DNA of 64,000 nucleotides from Neoechinorhynchus agilis (Eukaryota > Animalia > Acanthocephala). Under the pieces are notes generated by a model. That model had not been told where the DNA came from. It did not search any database and worked only from the letters and a program-made list of their open reading frames with translations. Made by a program: the position numbers and the translations under genes. Positions 59,636-64,000 of the stretch are shown piece after piece; position 1 is the first letter of the stretch; each line of letters starts with the position of its first letter. The DNA is taken from positions 14,982,784 to 15,046,783 of the forward strand of contig CM121341.1 of assembly GCA_051530055.1 (NCBI GenBank), read 5' to 3'.

Positions 59636-60413
59636 CCAAAATATTCAATGTTTGTCAACAATCTATTGCTTGCAATAGCATCCAAGACGTAAGAATGGAT
59701 AAATGACACCACTATTCGTAAATTTGTCAAATGTTGAGCACCCGTTGAGCCAGAATTGCTCACCTGTTCTCTAACATCAAGGAACCAATAGGCCGCAGAA
59801 TATTCTATATGTGCAAAACGTCAAAGATGCCTAGTCAACACCGTGCATCGATTCCTGCTGTCCCGGATGAAGTCTCTAGGGCACACCAAGGAGGACTTTT
59901 ACGAGTGCCAAGGGGACCGCTAACTAACTGCAGACAGGTCCGTCCGGATTCACAAGACGACCATCATATAGGTTACCTGGAAACAGCGAACCATTAGTTA
60001 AAATCAAGAAAATCCCTCTCTAATGCACCAAACTGAATGCAAAAAGAGGCACTTCTCGTGATGCTATGAACTCAGACCCATCCTGATGAAGCAGCGTTGA
60101 CAAGCGTCGCGAACTTCACTGAAGCGACTTTAGCGAATGGCTCCACACTTAAGTCCACTCGAGATGCTGAGGAGTTGACGGGAGCAGGGCTGATGCTACT
60201 CGCACCTCGGGCCCTCCTTCCATATTCGCTATGGACAACCAAAATGATGACAGTCCTGAAACATATTTTCAAATTTCGAAATTGCATGACAATAAAATGA
60301 ACCAAGCATCAAAATATTTTATAGAAAGGTGAAAACTAAACCTTCATCTTTTAGAAATAAGTAATTCCAACACATTGTCACGTTTTAGTTAGTTTATTTT
60401 AATTATCAAAAAA

Positions 60414-63400
60414 TCACTCCTGTAAAAGCATAGCGACTCCTGCGATTATCCACTTAGCTTTATCGTCTTTTGTTTTCAGTGGAAACTTTGAAACATAATT
60501 GGGTCCTCGAGTCCTAACCCTGTACATTGGGCACTCGTATGTTCCACGCAAATCCATTTGATCGCTCAAAACTGCTCGGACGTGAACTACAGGCAACAGT
60601 TCAGTTACCTCATTTGAAACACAATCGACTAAAACTCCATCTGCTGTACTATATGAAGCCCCGTCAATATAAACTCCATGAATGTATACGCCTTCCTTTA
60701 GTGCCGGCAAGTATTCACCCGTCGATCTTTTGGTGATACCAAAAGTCAAACTGATTTTGTCGAGGGGCCATTTGTTAGCCCGTGCACTAGTTTGCATTAT
60801 TGCAGTTAAAAATGATTGAGGATTGAATAGTCCACCTAGCCAAACAGTTCGAGGAAGAACTCCGGAGGACATCCATGTGTCCAGTTCTCGGTATCGTTCG
60901 TTAAGATCAGTCATCCATGCACCCAAAGGAAGTAAGGAAGGATACGCTTTCTGTGCCCATAAAGGAGGAACTTGATTCATCTCTAAGCATTCTTGCAAAT
61001 GTTCCATCGCTATAGACATCGTTAGTTCTCCACGGAATCCGGCCGCCAATTCTTTTAAACTGTTCCTGATTTCAGTCAACAACAAATTCATTTGATGGCA
61101 TTCCTGAAGGCCTACGACGTTATATGGAGTTCGCTCAGTCAAGCGTATCTCGATTTCAACCAACGAAAGGTCCTCTGGTACAATCATTAAGATGTTCTCA
61201 ACTAAAGCTAGTAGCCTCTCCTCTCGACTGACCACCTGCATTGCATCGTCAATTACCTGACTAATGACTGTCTGAAGTTTAAGTGTTTCCGCAAAAAGTT
61301 TGTTTGCAACGGTCTGTGTAAATTTGATCTCAACATTCGAATGCATTCCATATTGAGTAGGTGACTCATTTTTAAGATTTTTCTCAACGTGAAAGATGTA
61401 ATCTTCTATTGTATCAACCACCTCAGGAAGCGGGAACGACGGATAAATGGTGGCACCTCTATGGACCTAAACAAAGCAGGGAAATTTTAGAAGTTAAACA
61501 TTATCATTTAAAACATTCTTGTCCTTTTAAGCGACCCACAGCAGTGACGGAGGTTGAAACGCATACGGGAAATAAACGTCTATTTTTTATTTTATTATAT
61601 GTGGCAATCGTCGATTTTTATCGGGATAATATTAAAAAGTTTAAAAGTTACGATCAGCGTGATGGCGACGGTCGAGGAAGGACAAAAGCTGGAATTCGGC
61701 GGGAGGTGGTGAGTGTGTTAATTGTCGAGAGATGAAGATTAATAAAAGTAGGGATCACAAGACGAGTAGAAGATTTGGGAAGTTATCTTCCGCTCCAATT
61801 AAATTAAGTCTAGGATTTTTCTCTTAAAGTAAACAAAAGGTTGAAAAATCCTTTGTACCAAAACTATTAAAAACAACAATATTTGAGTTGCTTATTGTCC
61901 ATTACACAAAAATCTTACCATTGATTTGTTAAGAAATTTTTCAAGATATGTTCGGCACATTCTGCGATCCCAATCATCCGTGATATGTCCACCGTACATT
62001 ATTTCTCCAATTAAATATCTCAGATCCGTCCATGGAACATTTGTAGCTTCACGGAATACGTGACTGACTAAAAGGTTTACGCATATATTCAAATCGCTCA
62101 TGCCAAACGGATAACTCTTGTTCCATCCAATTGCTCCGTACTTTCGTCGTTGTGTTATCGCAGCATGGAAGTAGCACATCGCAAAAACTAGTTGCTTAAT
62201 AAATCCTGCATTGGGTGGAATATCGAGGCAATCAATATAATTTGTATCCTCTAGTGCTTTACATAGATTTATACTAAGTCCCGTGGGTGGCTCGTTTGTT
62301 ATCTTCAACGACATTTCCAATATTCCGTTCGGTATGACATGAAGAGACGCATCCACTGCTGGTTCAGCCGTTAAAAAAGCTCTATATTTGGCATGACCTT
62401 TGAAGCTATTGTTCTCAAGTATTTTCTCAAGAGTAGGAAGCCATGTTGCAACAAGATGTATATTCTGAAGAACGACCCAATGCCCTTGTTTACTTGCCTT
62501 TAGAAGAGCTTGTTCAGCCAAATTCTCTTGACCTTGACCAAGCGAAACGTTAAAAAGATTCCCCCTTTCCATAGAAAATCCCAATTTTTCTCCAAACGCT
62601 TCTAGTTCATTAACTGGATCAACGCCTGGTGACAATATAAAGAACACTGGAATTGTGTTGTCACTCTCATCAAAAATCTCTTCCATACTGGTAGTTATCG
62701 GCTTGCGAAATTCTGGACCGAGAGTATTCTCAATGTAGCGGCTAAACAAGAAACAGGATTAAAACATAGCTTATTAACATTGTAAAATTTACCTAACAGA
62801 AGCGAGAATTTTATCCGGTCGCAATGCACGTTGCAGGCATAGTCTTTCAATCGCATTTATTTTGTTCCATGGTGAAGGAAGATCGGCGTCTTCAGGAGTT
62901 TTCGAAGACAAAAAAGATTCCCAGCGTTTTGGATTACTTAAAAAATCGTCGGTTATCCCAGCGAATAACGGAATCGATGAAAGTCTTCGTACTGCTGACC
63001 ATACTTTGCTGGAAAGGAGTTCAGTTGGTGAATTCTCTTCTTCTACATCAAATCGGAGTAAAAAGTCGAGTAGATCCATATCACTAATCTCATGATCGGA
63101 TTTGCTAACCTAGTATGAAAATGTATATCGAATTTGTGATGATAATTATTTTATAAAAAATGAGGCGCGCTGGTGATTTGTTAAAAACGCGCTCAACAAT
63201 TATATTTGCTATAATTCGAAAATCTTTTACAGACAAAGGTACTAATAACAAGCTCGAACTTACACTTATTGCCAATTGGAAAGCCAATAGTAACTTGTGC
63301 TCCTCGAAAAGACCACGGCAAGCATAAGAATAAAGATGGTATGTGACTGAGTGCATTATTTGAGCAACACGATTTGTTTGGTCCACTCCTTCCGCCATAC

Positions 63401-64000
63401 TTTGGACTCCGCGTCTAAAAACCGTTCTGAAAGCTCTGAGATTATATCTGTACATCGGGTGGATTTTTTGTAAATCCGATAATAGCGCGAAAATCGTAGT
63501 TCCTCGAATAGCGGTTGATCTGTAAAAATTCCTTGATTTGTCAATATTCTCATTTAATTTCTTCGCTTCCTCAGTGTCCAATTCGATGGCTTTAGAAGTT
63601 CTGACATTCTTTTCCAGTGACTCAACTAACTCAACATTTTGAACGAAATTTCCTTCCGCCTCGGACAACATTTTCAGCAGAGATGACTCGAGATCTTTTA
63701 GTTCTACTTTGTTTTTATTAAGAGTCGATGTCGTCTGCTTCTTGCTCTCCTCCAAAGCAGGATTTTCCTAGATATTTGAAATTTTGTGATTCAATTGATG
63801 ACAAACCGATTTATCTTACAGATTCAACCACTATACTAAGCAGCTGAGATTCAAGACTTTGTGGTGTTGCGTTGAAGTCAATCAAAGTTACTAAAGCTTG
63901 TATTTCCGGACGGAATACAGGATTAGCAAATCGGGTATGAAGAACGACCATAAACTTCTCATTAACCAAACAATTTTTACCATCTATCGAAAGTTGATAA
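60414..64000 (-). CDS. Axonemal dynein heavy chain, outer-arm beta type (DNAH9/11/17-like), 3' part
   Basis: PVFFILSPGVDP, VSLGQGQE, GHWVVLQNIHLV, KITNEPPTG, YLIGEIMYGGHITDDWDRR, WLGGLFNPQSFLTAIMQ, YECPMY and KWIIAGVAMLLQ*. Four GT-AG introns are visible; the gene continues beyond the window. Confidence 0.95.

Noticed and set aside
59690-60130. Possible second decayed Penelope 3' end (CTGATGAAGC at ~60085, faint GIY-YIG-like residues)
   Set aside because: The hammerhead geometry is incomplete (GAAC, no palindromic stem III) and the protein motifs are too eroded to support by eye.

Overview
This is eukaryotic, not prokaryotic, DNA: an AT-rich, compact genome from a ciliated or flagellated organism, probably an animal (inferred from the TALE homeobox, SEPT7, SH3BGR, Twinkle, outer-arm beta dynein, and RTE, CRE and Penelope retroelements). 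Genes are tightly packed and many are intronless; most introns are short (about 41-60 nt) and GT-AG. Recognisable genes are DNAJC11, RPL18, RPS25, three copies of a divergent TALE homeobox gene (two intact and inverted, one broken), POLR1C/RPC40, a PP1 glycogen-targeting (CBM21) subunit, TXNDC17, SEPT7, a 1324-aa K/E-rich ORF with a 48-aa repeat, SH3BGR, GTF2F2, TWNK, a divergent TBP-like factor and the 3' end of an axonemal dynein heavy chain. Repeats include a ~7-kb 108-bp satellite, two CRE-like, one RTE, one Penelope-like and one unclassified RT remnant, a SINE-like family and many fold-back elements. Four signals stand out. (1) Several exon junctions in conserved genes (TWNK, DNAJC11, POLR1C) have no GT-AG solution that preserves homology, and AC recurs as the candidate acceptor. 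(2) Fold-back elements carry minimal Penelope-type hammerhead ribozyme cores. (3) An operon-like DNAJC11-RPL18-RPS25 cluster has splice acceptors abutting start codons, suggesting trans-splicing. (4) The TALE homeobox gene is amplified in a palindromic arrangement. All protein identifications come from motif recognition by eye; no database search was run.
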